DNA of 64,000 bases, from positions 339,698,001 to 339,762,000 of the forward strand of contig OZ024740.1 of assembly GCA_964016885.1 (NCBI GenBank). The letters run 5' to 3'. Positions within the stretch are counted from its first letter, which is position 1. Every line of letters starts with the position of its first letter. A program made the position numbers and the translations under genes. The DNA comes from Eledone cirrhosa. Taxonomy: Eukaryota. A model generated the notes under the pieces. That model saw nothing but the letters and a program-made list of their open reading frames with translations. It searched no databases and had not been told where the DNA came from. Shown here piece by piece: positions 12,714 through 25,904 of this stretch.

Positions 12714-12900
12714 GGCGGTGGATTGGCAGTATCGGTAGAGGGTCGGACGCCATGCTTTGACGCAAAGAGTTACGGCCCTTTCCATTCTGAATTCAAATCC
12801 CGCCGAGGTTAACTTTGCCTTTCATCCTTACAGGGTTGATAAAATAAAGTACCAGTAATACACTGGGTAATTTGCTGGCCTTGTGCCAAAAGTAGAAACA
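12714..12900 (+). mobile_element. Full-length tRNA-derived SINE (family A) with 17-bp TSD
   Basis: A box TGGCAGTATCGG, B box GAATTCAAATCC, central GCCTTTCATCCTTAC.GGGT.GATAAAATAAAGTACCAG; ATTATATTTTATACATT directly repeated on both sides. Confidence 0.9.
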
Positions 12901-13124
12901 ATTATATTTTATACATTCTGTGTTTTTTTTATTTGTTGCCCACATACTAATACTGTGTTCCTCATTTTTATATTACAACCTCACAAACCAATAACATATG
13001 GCACTCTCATATAATACACAACCAATGGCCATATTAACTATTTATAATCCTAAATCATAGTATTTGTTTTCTCGGGAAGCTGCAGGCCTTAGCCTTTGTT
13101 TGTTTGTTTATATATATATATATA

Positions 13125-13281
13125 CTGTAAATGTGGTTGGTGTTAGGAAGGGCATCCAGCTGTAGAAAACCCGCCAGACAGTCCTATGCGAGCAAGACAA
13201 TCACTCTTGCTTCAAGTGGGAAAACTCCCGTCCAAACCCATGCAAGCGTGGAACACGGACGTTAAACGATGATGATGATGA
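13125..13281 (+). mobile_element. RTE 3' tail fragment
   Basis: GGTTGGTGTTAGGAAGGGCATCCAGCTGTAG...GGACGTTAAAC(GAT)n; near-identical inverted copy at 13395-13550. Confidence 0.8.
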
Positions 13282-13384
13282 TATATATAATATACATATA
13301 TATATGTATAATATACATATAATATATATATGTATATACATAAAATATATATATGTACATATATATAATATATATATATAATAT

Positions 13385-14560
13385 CATCATCATCATCATC
13401 ATCAAAGTTTAGCGTCCGTGTTCCACGCTTGCATGGGTTTGGACGGGGGTTTTCCCACTTGAGGCAAGAGTAGGTTGTCTTGCTCGCATAGGACTGTCTG
13501 GCGAGTTTTCTACAGCTGGATGCCCTTCCTAACACCAACCACATTTACAGTGTGGGGCTGGGAGGTTTTTACCATGTTGCCTACACGGCCACATTACAGC
13601 GTAGACTGTCTGGCGGGTTTTCTACAGCTGGATGCCCTTCCTAACACCAACCACATTTACAGTGTGGGGCTGGGAGGTTTTTACCGTGTTGCCTACACGG
13701 CCACATTTACAGCGTGGACTGTGTGTTTTTTTTGTCGTGACACCTACACGAGCTCATTTGTTTCGGCCTGGATGTTGTGGCACCAACATAACTTTACATT
13801 GAAAGGGGCTGTGTGGATGGGGTGGGGGTGGTGGGACGGGGGTGTGTTTTGATAGAGATGCCTACTGACTGTAGTAGGTTTTACTTTGTATTTAGGTAAG
13901 GCGGGTCTTCTCTATTACTGAGTACCGCCAAAGGTCTCGGTCCAGTGACATTGTCTTGAAAGCGTGTGAGGTCAGAATTTATCATGTCGTCCCAGGTTTT
14001 TCTGGGTCTGCCTACTCCGTGGCTACCGTCTATCTTTATTGCCCTGCACTTTGTTATACAGCTGTCGTCTTTCATGCGCATCACGTGACCATACCAACGT
14101 AGCCTTCTCTCGAGTAAACAACATCTGATCCCTCTTATTTCTAATTTTTTCCTTAGTTCGTTTATGCTTTGCCGTTCACGTATATTACTATTACACATCC
14201 AGCGGAGCATGCAAGCTTCGTTCCTCTCTAGTCTGCGTATATCCTCTGCACGCAATGCCCAGGTCTCACTGCCATGCAGCATTGCTGTTCGTATGCAGGC
14301 ATCGTATAACCTGCCTTTCATTTTTAGGGAGAACCCTTTAGCGGCTAATAGTGGTATAAGCTCTCTGAACTTTTTCCATCCAGTTCTGACTCTAGCTACT
14401 GTACTTTCAGAGCACCCTCCCCCACTGCTGATTTTGTCACCCAGGTAACGGAAGCTGTCCACTATTTCTATAGAACCCTCTGCGCAATTGAAAGAGCTAG
14501 TATTTTGTGGGCACTTGCTGCTACTTATTGCACCAGAGCACCGGCCACATGTAAAATCTG
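13385..14560 (-). mobile_element. 5'-truncated RTE LINE (ORF C-terminus plus 3' UTR with 111-bp tandem duplication)
   Basis: ORF 13881..14462 FRYLGD...AMLHGSETW...RRLRWYGHVMR...GRPRKTW; (GAT)n tail; 13492-13602 repeated at 13603-13714. Confidence 0.9.
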
Positions 14561-14679
14561 GTATGGCTGTTTCCTCGGTATAAAGTAACGTTCAAATATT
14601 TTTCTCGATTCTTCTCTCCATTCTAATCCATTAGCCATTCATTCAATCACCATTCTATATCATATATATATATATATAT

Positions 14680-15348
14680 CATCATCATCGTTTAACTTCC
14701 ATCTTCCATGCTAGCATGGGTTAAATGGTTTTGTTCCATTTGATGCGGGAATGGTCAGGAGACCATGTCTCGCTCGCACGGAAGCATCTCTGGCAGGTTT
14801 TTTACAGCTAGATGCCCTTCCTAACACCAACCACATTTACAGTGTGGACTGGGAGCCTTTTCACCGTGTCTCCTACACGGCCACCTTACAGTGTGGACTG
14901 TTGTGTCATCGACACAGTGGACGGAATGGGAGAGGGAGGGTGGGGTAGGGTATGGCAGTGAGGTGTACATTGAGTTAAGAGGTGTCTACTGATTGTAGGT
15001 TTGTATGCAATGGTAGTCGGGTCTTCTGTACAACTGCATGGGGCCAAAGGTCTCGATCCAGTGTCATTGTCTTAGAGAGGTGTAGGTTGGCAAAGTCAAT
15101 TTTTATCACCTCGTCCCAGGTTTTTCTTGGTCTACCCACTCTGCAACTTCCATCAATTTCATTGCTCTGCACTTTTTTATACAGCTGTCGTCCTCCATAT
15201 GCATCACATGTCCATACCAACGTAATCTCCTCTCCTGAACACAACATTTGATACCCCTTATGCTTAGTCTCCCTCTTAGTTCATTTATGCTTCGTCTTTC
15301 GTGCACGTTACTATTACACATCCATCGGAGCATGCAAGCTTCATTTTT
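14680..15348 (-). mobile_element. 5'-truncated RTE LINE
   Basis: MLRWMCNSNVHERRSINELR...RRLRWYGHVM...GRPRKTWDEVIK; same 3' UTR and tail. Confidence 0.88.
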
Positions 15349-15352
15349 TTAA

Positions 15353-15459
<107 letters not shown>

Positions 15460-15680
15460 TGTACATATGTGTATGGAATAAAAATGAAATTGGACATCTG
15501 CAGCTTCCACTGATGAGGAATTGTAGTGTGATAAAGAAGTTTGCTTTGTCAAGAGATTTGCTTCACAGATGCATGACACCTTGGGCAAGTGTCATTAACT
15601 AATGCCTTTGGCTGACCATTGGCTACTAAGTGAATTCGGTAGAGGAAAACTGTATGAAGTCCATTGTGTATGTATATAAT

Positions 15681-16095
15681 TGTTTCTACTATTGGCACAA
15701 GGCCAGCAATTACTCAGTACATTACTGGTACTTTATTTTATCGACCCCCGTAAGGATGAAAGGCAAAGTTAACCTCGGCAGGATTTGAACTCAGAATGGC
15801 AAGGGCCGTAACTCTATGCGTCAAAGCATGGCGTCCGACCCTCTACTGATACTGCCAATTCACCGCCTCTTGTATATGTATATAATGGTGATGGATTGGC
15901 AGTTTTGGTAGACCTACATGCTTTTTGGCATAGAGTTACAGCTCTTTACATTCTGAGTTCAAATCCTGCCGAAGTTAACTTTGCTTTTCATCCTTATGGA
16001 GTCGATAAAATAAAGTACCAGTAATGCACTGGAGTCAATTTAATCGACTTTCCCTCCCCTCAAATTGCTGGCCTTTTGCCTATAGCAGAAATCAT
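15681..16095. mobile_element. Head-to-head pair of family-A SINEs
   Basis: - strand copy 15681-15868 flanked by the TATGTATATAAT duplication; + strand copy 15887-16095. Confidence 0.85.
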
Positions 16096-16619
16096 TTTAT
16101 GTATATATAAATATTGACTGGCTAAAGGTACACATGCTCTTTAAGTGAAAGAAATGTATGTATGTACTATCCTCCTTCTCCTCCTCAACATTATCATTAT
16201 ACTTTTTTGGCTACATGTCTATGTTGGTACACGCATGCACACACACACACACACACACACGAGTATAAACATGCACTCATGATAGAAACCAATCACCTGA
16301 ACAAGCAAGTGTAAGGGGAAGGTATAAGGTATAGCAAGTTGGGAAGGGTTGGAATGGATACAGTGGAGCCTGTTGTATTGGAACCCCTGTGAAAGTATCA
16401 ACAGAACCTGGAGTTATGTCTGTTTATTCCAGTAACAAAATACAAATTTGTGACAGAAAGTTATAAAATTGGTCAGTAGGCCAGACCTACTGCGAAGGAG
16501 ACTTATTGCTTTAAACTCTGCCAAACTGTGATCTTTAGAATCGAGACATATATTCAAATGGAGTTATGATTCTGATGGTACCAACAAATTTTTGTTAGTC
16601 TTTCATTCTCTAAGTAATT

Positions 16620-16765
16620 TGTCCATCATCATCATCATCATCATTATCATCATCATCACCATAATCAGGGTTTTGGGTTGTGGTGGGATGGGGTGGTGTA
16701 GGGTAGAGGTTGGTAGCAGTGGTGGCAGTGACTGATGATGATGATGGTGGTGGTGGTGATGATGA

Positions 16766-16799
<34 letters not shown>

Positions 16800-16890
16800 G
16801 GTGGTGATGGTGGTGGTGGTGGTGGTGGTGGTGATGATAATGAGGATGATGATGAGGACAGCAACAATGACAATGAAGACAATGACGAAG
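16620..16890. repeat. (CAT)n/(GAT)n/(GGT)n low-complexity tract
   Basis: Direct inspection; source of the poly-G/D/P/S ORFs. Confidence 0.9.
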
Positions 16891-17124
16891 CTACATTTAA
16901 AAATTCAATTTTAATTTACTTCTTTCCTGTTTCATGCAGAATTTCAATTCTCAAACCATTAGCAATATCTTAATCTAAACCAATATTATAGTAATATGAA
17001 CTGAAGAAATAAAATGCTGAAGGAAAAACAACCGTGGAATCATATTAAGAATGTTGATGTTGATGAGCAGATACTACACCAGCTAATCCAAGTAAAAGAC
17101 ATTTATCAGATATCTTTAATACTT

Positions 17125-17575
17125 GTGATTTAGGCACAAGGCCAACAATATTTGGGGAAAGGGAAAGTCGATTAAATTGACCCCAGTGCTTTCATTACTG
17201 GTACCTTATATTATCGGCTCTGTAAGGATGAAAAACAAAGCTAACTTTGGCAGGATTTAAACTCAGAAAGTAAAGGGCCATAACTCTATGCAACAAAGCA
17301 TGTTGTCTGATGCTCTATTGATACTGCCAATCCACTGCCTGACACTGGTAATAATAGTAATGGTTTCTAACATAGGCAGAGGCCAGTGATTTCTTTAGAG
17401 TGAAATGTCTGTTAAATTGACTACAGTACTGCATTGGTACTTTATTTTATTAACCCCTGGAAGGATGAAAGGAAAAATTGACTTTGGGAGGGTTTGAACA
17501 CAGAATATAAAAAGTCAGAAGCAACCTCAAAAAGCACTTTGCCTGGCGCTCTAACAGTTCTGCTAATCCACAACC
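17125..17575 (-). mobile_element. Two tandem family-A SINEs
   Basis: Two reverse-complement copies ending in CTGCCAATCCA / CTGCTAATCCA heads. Confidence 0.75.
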
Positions 17576-18354
17576 TGTACAATAGTTTTGGGAACAAACA
17601 AAATGATTGATGCTCTTAGATAATCTATAGAAACTTGTTACAGAATGTCCTACTCCCCAAAAGACCAGTCTCCTCTAGTTACTTATCTTTCTCCTCATGT
17701 TTATAATATCAGATATAATAGAAAGTCATTAACACTTGATTCCTTTCTCACATTGAATAATTCTCCCACCTCACCAATAAATAGAATAGTTTCCATCATG
17801 TCAAATCAAATGGAAATTTGCTCATCTAGATCTCATACATATCATTGGTTTCTCTCCTCTCTCTTTCTCCCTCTCTCTTTCTTCCCCTCTCCTTCTCTCC
17901 CCTCTCTTTCTCTCTCTTTCCCCTCTCCTCTCTCTTTCTCTCCTCTGCCTCATCTCTCTCTCTCTCGCTCTCTCTCTCACTCTCTCTCTCTCGCTCTCTC
18001 TCTCTCTCCATCAGTTATTGAGATGGTTTCCATGGTGATGGATCAACTGGAGACTTGCTCACATATATCCTGCTGCAGTGTTTTTTCTCTCCTTTCTCAT
18101 TAGTAATCAGGAAAGTTTCTGTCATGTCAAATCTATTTCATATTTGCTCTCTTACATTCTGCAGTAAAGCAATGAATTGTCAGTCGTTAGAGCATCAGAT
18201 TTAAAAATGCTTCAGTATTATTTTCAGTTCACTTCACTCTGTGTTCAAATCCTGTCATGGTCTCAACTTTATTCCTTTTGAGGTCGATAAAGAAGGTACT
18301 AGTCCAGTGTTGGGGCTGGTTCTTCTCTCTCTCTCTCTCTCCCTCTCTCTCTCA

Positions 18355-19075
18355 GCAATAACCAGGATGCTTATTATTGAAAATGTAAAGAAACTCAATG
18401 TAGGAAGCCAAGGATATTAATAAAAATTAGAGATATTGGAAGTAAGAAAGATAGGTTAATTGTTGACATCCTGCAAAGTTCAAGTAAGACTCATATTGAA
18501 ATTATATAGCAGATATGCAAGAGTAGTAAGCAGTATGATCAACCATGATCTTTCAAATGCCGAAAGAGATCCCTAGAAGTACTTGATAGCTTCTCTTACC
18601 TATGTGATAGTATTAGTAATACAGAAAGCATAATGCCCAGTGTAAGAACAGTTCAGGTAACTATTACCTCTGTTAATAACAAAGAGATTCTCTGTTGGTA
18701 ACAAAGAGATTGTATAATACTTGTGTGTAAAGTATAGTATTACATAGTAGTAAAGCACGGGTATTGAATATGAAAGATGTAGGAAGGCTGGGAATGAGAT
18801 GAGCATGCTCATTGGATATTTAATGTCAGTGTGCATGAACAACAGAGCACAAATGAGCTGGTAGAAAAACTGGGTAAAAGAGGAATCAGATGAAGTGCAT
18901 AAAAGAGAAGACAGCTGGTACAGGCATGTGATGTGTATAGAAGTTGACAGTTGTGTAAAGAAGTGGCACACAATCCAAGTGGAAGGAATCTATTGTAAAT
19001 GAAGACCAAGGAAGATAGGTAAGAAGTGTTGAAATCTGATCTCGGGAGGCCGAACTTCACAAAATAGAGATAACA
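18355..19075 (+). mobile_element. Old degenerate RTE LINE fragment
   Basis: Decayed similarity to the ORF segments SLEVVDSF.YL.D, FRELLPLL and R.KTW.EV.K.DL of the 48.7-52.3 kb element. Confidence 0.55.
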
Positions 19076-19077
19076 AA

Positions 19078-19520
19078 ATGGTGGAGGTGGTGGTGATGGT
19101 GGTCGAGGTGTCAGGGATGGCAGTGGTGTGGTGGTTGTGCTGTTAGCAGTGGCAGTGGTGGTTGTGGTGGTGATATCCTCAGTGGCAGTGGTGATAGTGG
19201 TGGTGGTAGTGGTGGTGATATCCTCAGTGGTGATAGTAGTGGTGGTAGTGGTGGTAGTGGTTATGGTTTTAGCAGTGGTAGTGGTAGTGGTGGTAGTGAT
19301 TATGGTTTTAGCAGTGGTGATGGTGGTGGCTGGCAGTGGTGATAGTGGTGGTGGTGGTGGTGGTAATGGTATCAGCAGTGGTGATGGTGGTGGTGGTGAT
19401 GGCTGTCAGCGATGGCAGTGGTGATATTGGTGGTGGTGGTAGTGGTTGTAGCAGTGGTGATGGTGGTGGTAGTAGTGGTGGCAATGATTATAATGATGAT
19501 GATTGTGATGATGATGATGA
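19078..19520. repeat. (GGT/AGT/GAT)n low-complexity tract
   Basis: Direct inspection; poly-Val ORFs are artefacts. Confidence 0.9.
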
Positions 19521-20059
19521 AGTCATGTCAAAATGCTTAAGATCATTTCTTTGTTGAAAATATTTTAAACGAATAAAATGTTTAAAACATGTAAATAATA
19601 CATGTCATTGTTATGTCATCTGCTTAGGTAATCTTTGACATTTCATCAAACTTTTAAAACTGAAATCCTCTTCTTTTTTTATTTCTTTTCTCTTCTCTCT
19701 CACTGTCTCTCACTTTCTTTCTCTCTCTCTTTTTCTGACTTTCTGTTTTCATAAATTTCAATAAATTCAATAATTTTCATGGAGAAGGGACAGTGCCCAT
19801 AACCTTTTAAGTTGCCTCCCTCTAAGACTAGTAAGCCGTTGTTCAGCTTGAACTTCTGTAGATTGATGTCTGCATGGAAAATGTGGACAAGCAATTTATT
19901 CTGGAGCTGGGGTTGGGAACATGCAGCTCTTTAACCTATCTCACATGGCTCTTAGGCATGTTAATTTTTATTTTTATTTATTTATTTTTTGTATTATCTA
20001 TCAACATCATCATCAATATTATTATTATTATTATTATTACTATTGTTATTGTTGTTGTT

Positions 20060-20225
20060 ATCTCTTCTTTCTCAAGCTGTTCTTTTGCTGCATTACTAAA
20101 CCAAGAGTTCCTAGGTCATAACTAATGACCTAGGAACTCTTGATTACATTCTCCTGGGGTTTATGTTCCCATCACCCTTCTCAAAATTCTAGCTGTTCCT
20201 AAGAGTGTTGTTTTCTCGAGAAATA
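20060..20225 (-). mobile_element. R4/Dong-clade non-LTR retrotransposon 3' end
   Basis: - strand LEKTTLLGTARILRRVMGT* matches the QK.ALLGTA.ILR C-terminal motif of R4/Dong elements; 3' end abuts (TAA)n/(CAA)n, consistent with Dong target preference. Confidence 0.65.
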
Positions 20226-20257
20226 TTACTTTTGCCATTATTCTTGTTATTATTAAA

Positions 20258-20685
20258 GGGCAGTGGATAAGCAGTATCAGTAGAGCGTCAGACACCATGC
20301 TTTGTAGCATAGAGTTATGGCTCTTTACGTTCTGAGTTCAAATCCCACCAAGGTTAGCTTTACCTTTTACGGGGTTGATAAAATAAGGTACCAGTAATGT
20401 ACTGGGTCAATTTAATTGATTTCCCCATTGTCCCAAAATTGTTGGCTTTGTGCCTATAGTAGAAATTATCATTATTATAAGGGCGGTGGATTGGCAGAAT
20501 TGTTAAAGCATTGGACAAATGCTTTGCAATATTTGTTCCAGTTTTTTATGTTCTGAGTTCAAATCCCGCTGAGGTCAGCTTTGCCTTCCATCCTTCCGGG
20601 GTCGATAAAATGAAGTACCAGTGAAGAACTGGGGTCAATATAATAAGCTTATCCTATGCCACTTGTGCCTAAAGTAGAAATCATT
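20258..20685 (+). mobile_element. Two tandem family-A SINEs
   Basis: Two GAGTTCAAATCCC B boxes with conserved centre and TAGAAAT tails, separated by (ATT)n. Confidence 0.85.
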
Positions 20686-22007
20686 ATCTTCATCATCATC
20701 ACCACCACTATCATATTAAAACAATTTCAGATTAAGATTCAAGACCAAAAGTTGAATTGAATCAGAGAAAAAGTTAGCTAAATTGCTGTTTCTTTGTTTT
20801 TTGTTTATAATGAATTATGCAGTTATGATAGTCATAATTGTTTTGTTTTGCTTTCAGATTGAAAAGGTTCACAACCCCTGCCTTAGTGGGTTTGAGAGAA
20901 TAATGATTTAGAAAAAGTATCTGGGGCAGGGTCTCAAGAGTGTGACCTATTAGAAATGAGGGGAGGAGGAGAGATAAGCTGGATCAAGTAAGTTATACAG
21001 AACATTCTAGTGTAGAGGAGCATGAAGCAATGTAGTAACAGTAAAAAGAGATAAAAGGGAGGGTAGAACACATTAGTAGTCCAGTGGCTGTAGTATATTA
21101 GTGAGTGAAGGTTTAACAATTAGTTATATAGTTGGTACTAGAGTTCCTAAATTCAGACTATCGATGGTCAAATATAGATTATAGAAAAGAGCTTATTGAA
21201 GAAGTGAGCAAGGGAATGAAATATTGCCTGAACTGGTCCAAATGTTTTGGAACAATCTAAGACAATTATGGATAAGGAATGAACCCTAACATTAATTCAG
21301 CTTGGTGAAAATACAGGCATGTTTCAATCTGATTAGATCTCCTCAACAAAGCATATTTACTCAACAAGTTAGACTAGAACGGTCAAGTGTACATTATAGG
21401 AGAGAAGGGAAAATGTTCTACACTGATTAAATGTGTCAATAAAAAGTAAAAGCAAAAAAATGCCTGAGGAGAGTACTTTGCATGATGTGTAAACATACAA
21501 ATAGTTCTGATGGCTATATTATTGCAATTTTGTAATGAACAACGAAGTAACAATCGTTATACCTGATCTTGAGATATAGAGGATGTTGTCAATGTTATGA
21601 GAGAAATACATTTATAAACCTTTCTGAACTACAAAAGACATAAATAAGTTCAAGAGAGAAATTAATTATATTAGAGAATGTGGCTGAAGGCACTTACCTG
21701 GAGCTGTTGATATCCTAATTAACTTAAGCAATTTAATTAGTAATGTACAGCTGTGGAAATGTTTCACTTCAAATGAAATCAGTATTGTGTCATGCAATAG
21801 GTGACATAGCCAAAGAAATTTAGCTTGGTGCCATGGACTGAAATGTGTGTGTGTGTGTGTGTGTGTGAATATCTGACGGACTATCTATCTCATTTTATGT
21901 GTATGTCACACTTTTTGACTGACTATATTATACATCTGTGTGTACTAGTCAAATTGTTTGTGTGTGTAGGTAGGTATCTGTGTGTATGTCTGTGTACCAG
22001 TCTGTAT

Positions 22008-22122
22008 ATCCAATAGAGAGACCAGCGGTGCAAGTTAAAGATAGTATAAGTAAGGCAATCAAAGATATGAAGACAGGCAAGGCAACTGGGCCTTCGGAGA
22101 TAGTTGCTGAGATGTTGAAGGC
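22008..22122 (+). mobile_element. Isolated internal RTE ORF fragment (115 bp)
   Basis: PIERPAVQVKDSISKAIKDMKTGKATGPSEIVAEMLKA; near-identical to the reverse complement of 50670-50787. Confidence 0.85.
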
Positions 22123-22504
22123 GTGGATTGTGTATGTATGTGTATCTGGATGTTTGTATCTATCTGTCTCAGTGCCTATTACAAGGTTGTTATAAAGCTT
22201 CTGGACTGCATATGTTGATTATACTGTACTTCAGCAACAATGATAAACATACATTTAGTCTCACTGCATATTTTAAGCTGTGATGATATCAAAGTTACCT
22301 TGGTTATGGACTAAGAGCAGTGTATACATGTAACACAGATTCATTAATACTCATCAGTACACACTGTTGTTCAGATACTGAGGTAGAAAGACAGGAGAGT
22401 CTTATACATTTTGTAAACAAACTATTCTACAAAGGTAGCTGTGATTAAAATACCCACAATAAGAATCAAATGTATATTTCTAGACAAACATATTATATGA
22501 TAAT

Positions 22505-24235
22505 GAAAATGAAAATATATTGTGTACAGTGCTCAGGTGCACTACAACTCATCAAAAGTGTATGTATAGTACATAGGGTAATGTACAAATGTCAGGAAAA
22601 TGAACAGTGCATGAGTCATGATATACATATGTGTGCATGTGTATGTAAGGAGGATATCAGGTGTAGTTTTGGCGAATTTTGGGAAGCATGAGGGTTTTAA
22701 AGGATGCAGTGTCTCGGCAGCTAACAACTGATGCAGGCAGTTTGTTCTATACTTCAGCAACTCTAAGTGTGAAAAAATGTTTGCGAAAGTCATGGGAGTT
22801 GTGCTGTTTATTGACTTTGTAGGCATGTCCACGTGTGTTAGACACATGGAGATCAAAAAGGTGCTCAGGGTTGTTGTTGGCAAGATGGTTAATAACTTTG
22901 TGGGTGTTTACCAAGTCCATTGCCAGACGTCGGAGCTTCAATGAATCCATGCCAAGGGAAGCAAGGCGTTCAGAGTATGGTAGGTGTCTGATGGAGGGTA
23001 TGGGCTTGGTTGCACATCTTGAACAGTTTCCAGGAGGTCAATGTTCTGAGCAAGATAGGGTTTCCAGACTGATGATGTGAATTCCAAGTGTGGTCGCACC
23101 ATAGCTGTATACAGCTTTAAATAGATGGCTGGAGAGCGGCTAACAAAGGTCTTGCTGAGTGATGCCAAGACACCCTCAGCCTTCTTGACAATCTTAGAGA
23201 CATTCTTTGTCCAACGCAAATCGCTGCTGACAGTAATGCCCAGGTCACGTTCACAAGAAGACTTCTTGATATCAGTGTTGTGGAGGGAGTATGTGGACAC
23301 TGAATTTTTCCTCCCAAAATACATGGTGGTACACTTGTCCACAGCCAGCTTCAGTTGCCAGTCTGTGATCCATTGCTGCATTGTGTCCAGGTCTGATTGT
23401 AGGAAAGAGTTATAGATTTCAGGATTTGTCCTTTTGATTTCAAGGTACAGCTTGATGTTATCTGCATATTTCAGTGCTGTGGCATTCTTTAAGTTGGCAT
23501 ATATGTCATTAATGTATGCAACAAACAAAAGGGGACCAAGAAGAGATCCTGTGGTACACCAGATGACATCTCATATGGTGAAGAATGCTGTCCTAGAACC
23601 GTGACTACCTCTTTTCGGCTGAGAATGAAGGATTTCAACCAGTTAAAAAGATCATCCCTCACACCCATTGCAGAGAGTTTTGCCATAAGTCTTTTGTGTG
23701 GCACAGAATTAAAAGCCTTAGCGAAGTCAAGGTAAACAACATCCACCCATTTACCGCTGTCAGTGATCCGGGTGATGTCTTCAAGGAACTCGATAAGCTG
23801 ATCACAGCAGCTGGAGTTAGGGATAAATCCAAATTGTGAGGGCCGGATGAGGCTGTGAGAGCTCCAGAAGTTCCAAAGTGTTTCTCTGACACAGGATTCC
23901 ATCAGTTTGGCAATACAGCTAGTAAGACTGACTGGGCGATAGTTGACAGGTGACGTGCGGTCGTCCTTTTTGAACAGGGGAATGACACTGGCAGTTTTCC
24001 ACTGCTCCGGAGTAGGACTATTATTGAGACAGTATTGAAAGAAGAAAGAAAGCTGGTGCAAAAGGAAGTACCCACGACGTTTGAGAAGCAGGTATGTAAC
24101 ACCATCAAGACCAGGGGAGGCATAGTTGCGCTTATTCTTAAGGTGACGTCGCAGCATTGAAGGTGTAAATTCCATAGTTGTTATGGAATTTGATGTTAGA
24201 GATGGTGGAGATGGTACATTCTGGTTTTCAACATT
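22505..24235 (-). pseudogene. 5'-truncated CR1-clade LINE, disrupted reverse transcriptase
   Basis: NYRPVSLTS, QFGF, YLDFAKAFNSVPH, SGVPQ, KYADNIKLY, ERDLGI, YTAMVRPHLE, RRLAMDL, HFFTLRV motifs across frameshifted ORFs 23489..24277, 22938..23528, 22747..22950. Confidence 0.92.
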
Positions 24236-25403
24236 AGCACATATGAGCACATACATTCTGGTTTTCAATATGAGCACATATAAGCCTTCATTCTAAATCA
24301 CAGTGTTTTAGTGCTAATATATAGATGTATAATTTTCATTTTTGACTAAATATTTTCTTTTATTCTTTACCCTTCCTTTTAGATATTTCCTCCAGCCTTT
24401 TTTTCATTTATACAATAAAATACAATAAACCCACAAGAATTTATAATTTATCCAATTAGGAAACTTTAATTCAATTAAACTTGAACTTTTAACATTTCAT
24501 ATTCGTTTACAACATAAAACAAAATAAAATATCATTTGAATTAAATTATACAATAATAGTTAGGATTTACAAAAGGAACAAATCAATAAAATAAAATAAG
24601 CAAGATGTAAAAAGAAAAAGAATGGAAATACATATATAGTGTACTCAGTTACACACTACAGCAGGGAATGCTGGTGTTTCTCCTCCAAATATTTTTGGGC
24701 AAGTCAAGAAAACACTTATACCAAATGATGGCATGTTGAGGAATTGCAAAGCTAAGGCACCAGAAAAGCCAAACATCACCAAGAGTATTATGTTATACAT
24801 CAGTAAGGCAAGCTGCCAACAATGACAGAAACTTGATAGTCAGTGACCAAGCTTCCCTGAATGTCTCGAATGCTACAGATTATACTCCCAAATATTCCAT
24901 TAGATTGCCAACATAATTTCCTCTTAACGTCACTATATTTTTCTCCTACTTAACACCTTTAATATTAATTTAACTCTGCCCCCCACTTCTCACTTTTCTG
25001 ACCTCACTTATATAACATTTAATCTATAAGACAACCTATGTCAATTTATCTTTAATGTTATCCTTTGAAAATCACACTAATATTCATCTTACATTATACA
25101 TCCAAATGTTATATTGATTAGTTATAATCAACATAATATCTTTCGTACAACTATATATGTCCCACTACTTTTCAGTTAGCTAACCTTTGCCACAAAATAT
25201 CTATTCACAAATGTAAAATCTATTGACAAATGTAATAATAACTAAATCGAAATTTTAAATATTAATATAATTACACTAATAATTACAACCACCATAGTTC
25301 CCTTCTCTATTATTCTTCACAATGTATTTCCACACAATTTTGTATTTTAAGTAACTATATCCTTACAATGTTAAACATTATGCAAATCATAACACAACGC
25401 GTG

Positions 25404-25441
<38 letters not shown>

Positions 25442-25453
25442 CATGCATGCATG

Positions 25454-25489
<36 letters not shown>

Positions 25490-25509
25490 CATGCATACAC
25501 ACACACACA

Positions 25510-25559
<50 letters not shown>

Positions 25560-25904
25560 ATATTAGACAATCCAAGTCAATTTCATTATGTAACTTTATA
25601 ATCATCTTAGTAAGTCTCTTTGTGTTGAATATTACTATTATATGTCAGTATCAATAGTCAATGAATCTTTTCAACCATTTAACTTAAAATAATACACATA
25701 CAGATTATATATGAATATATATATTCTTTATTCTTTTCCTTACACAATACTAAACTGTTTGTACTTCTTAGGCTTCTATTTGTTTATAATTCCTTTGCTA
25801 TATTTCTCTGTGTATTTTGCTTCCTTATAATCATAGAGACTAAACTCTGTACAATAACAGCAGTTCATTCAACTACATTAAATATTTTTCTCTGTCTACG
25901 ATTT

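Noticed and set aside
12714-12790. tRNA genes suggested by A/B boxes
   Set aside because: No cloverleaf or terminator; the boxes are SINE heads followed by SINE body and TSDs
16610-19557. Poly-Pro/Gly/Asp/Val and ER-repeat ORFs
   Set aside because: Trinucleotide and (GA)n low-complexity tracts with no domain content or splice support
21200-21830. Possible decayed retroelement coding sequence
   Set aside because: Purine-rich and coding-like, but no motif could be read with confidence
24810-24850. GAAAC-TTGATA-GTC resembling a hammerhead 3' half
   Set aside because: No CUGANGA or covariant upstream on the same strand and no convincing stem II
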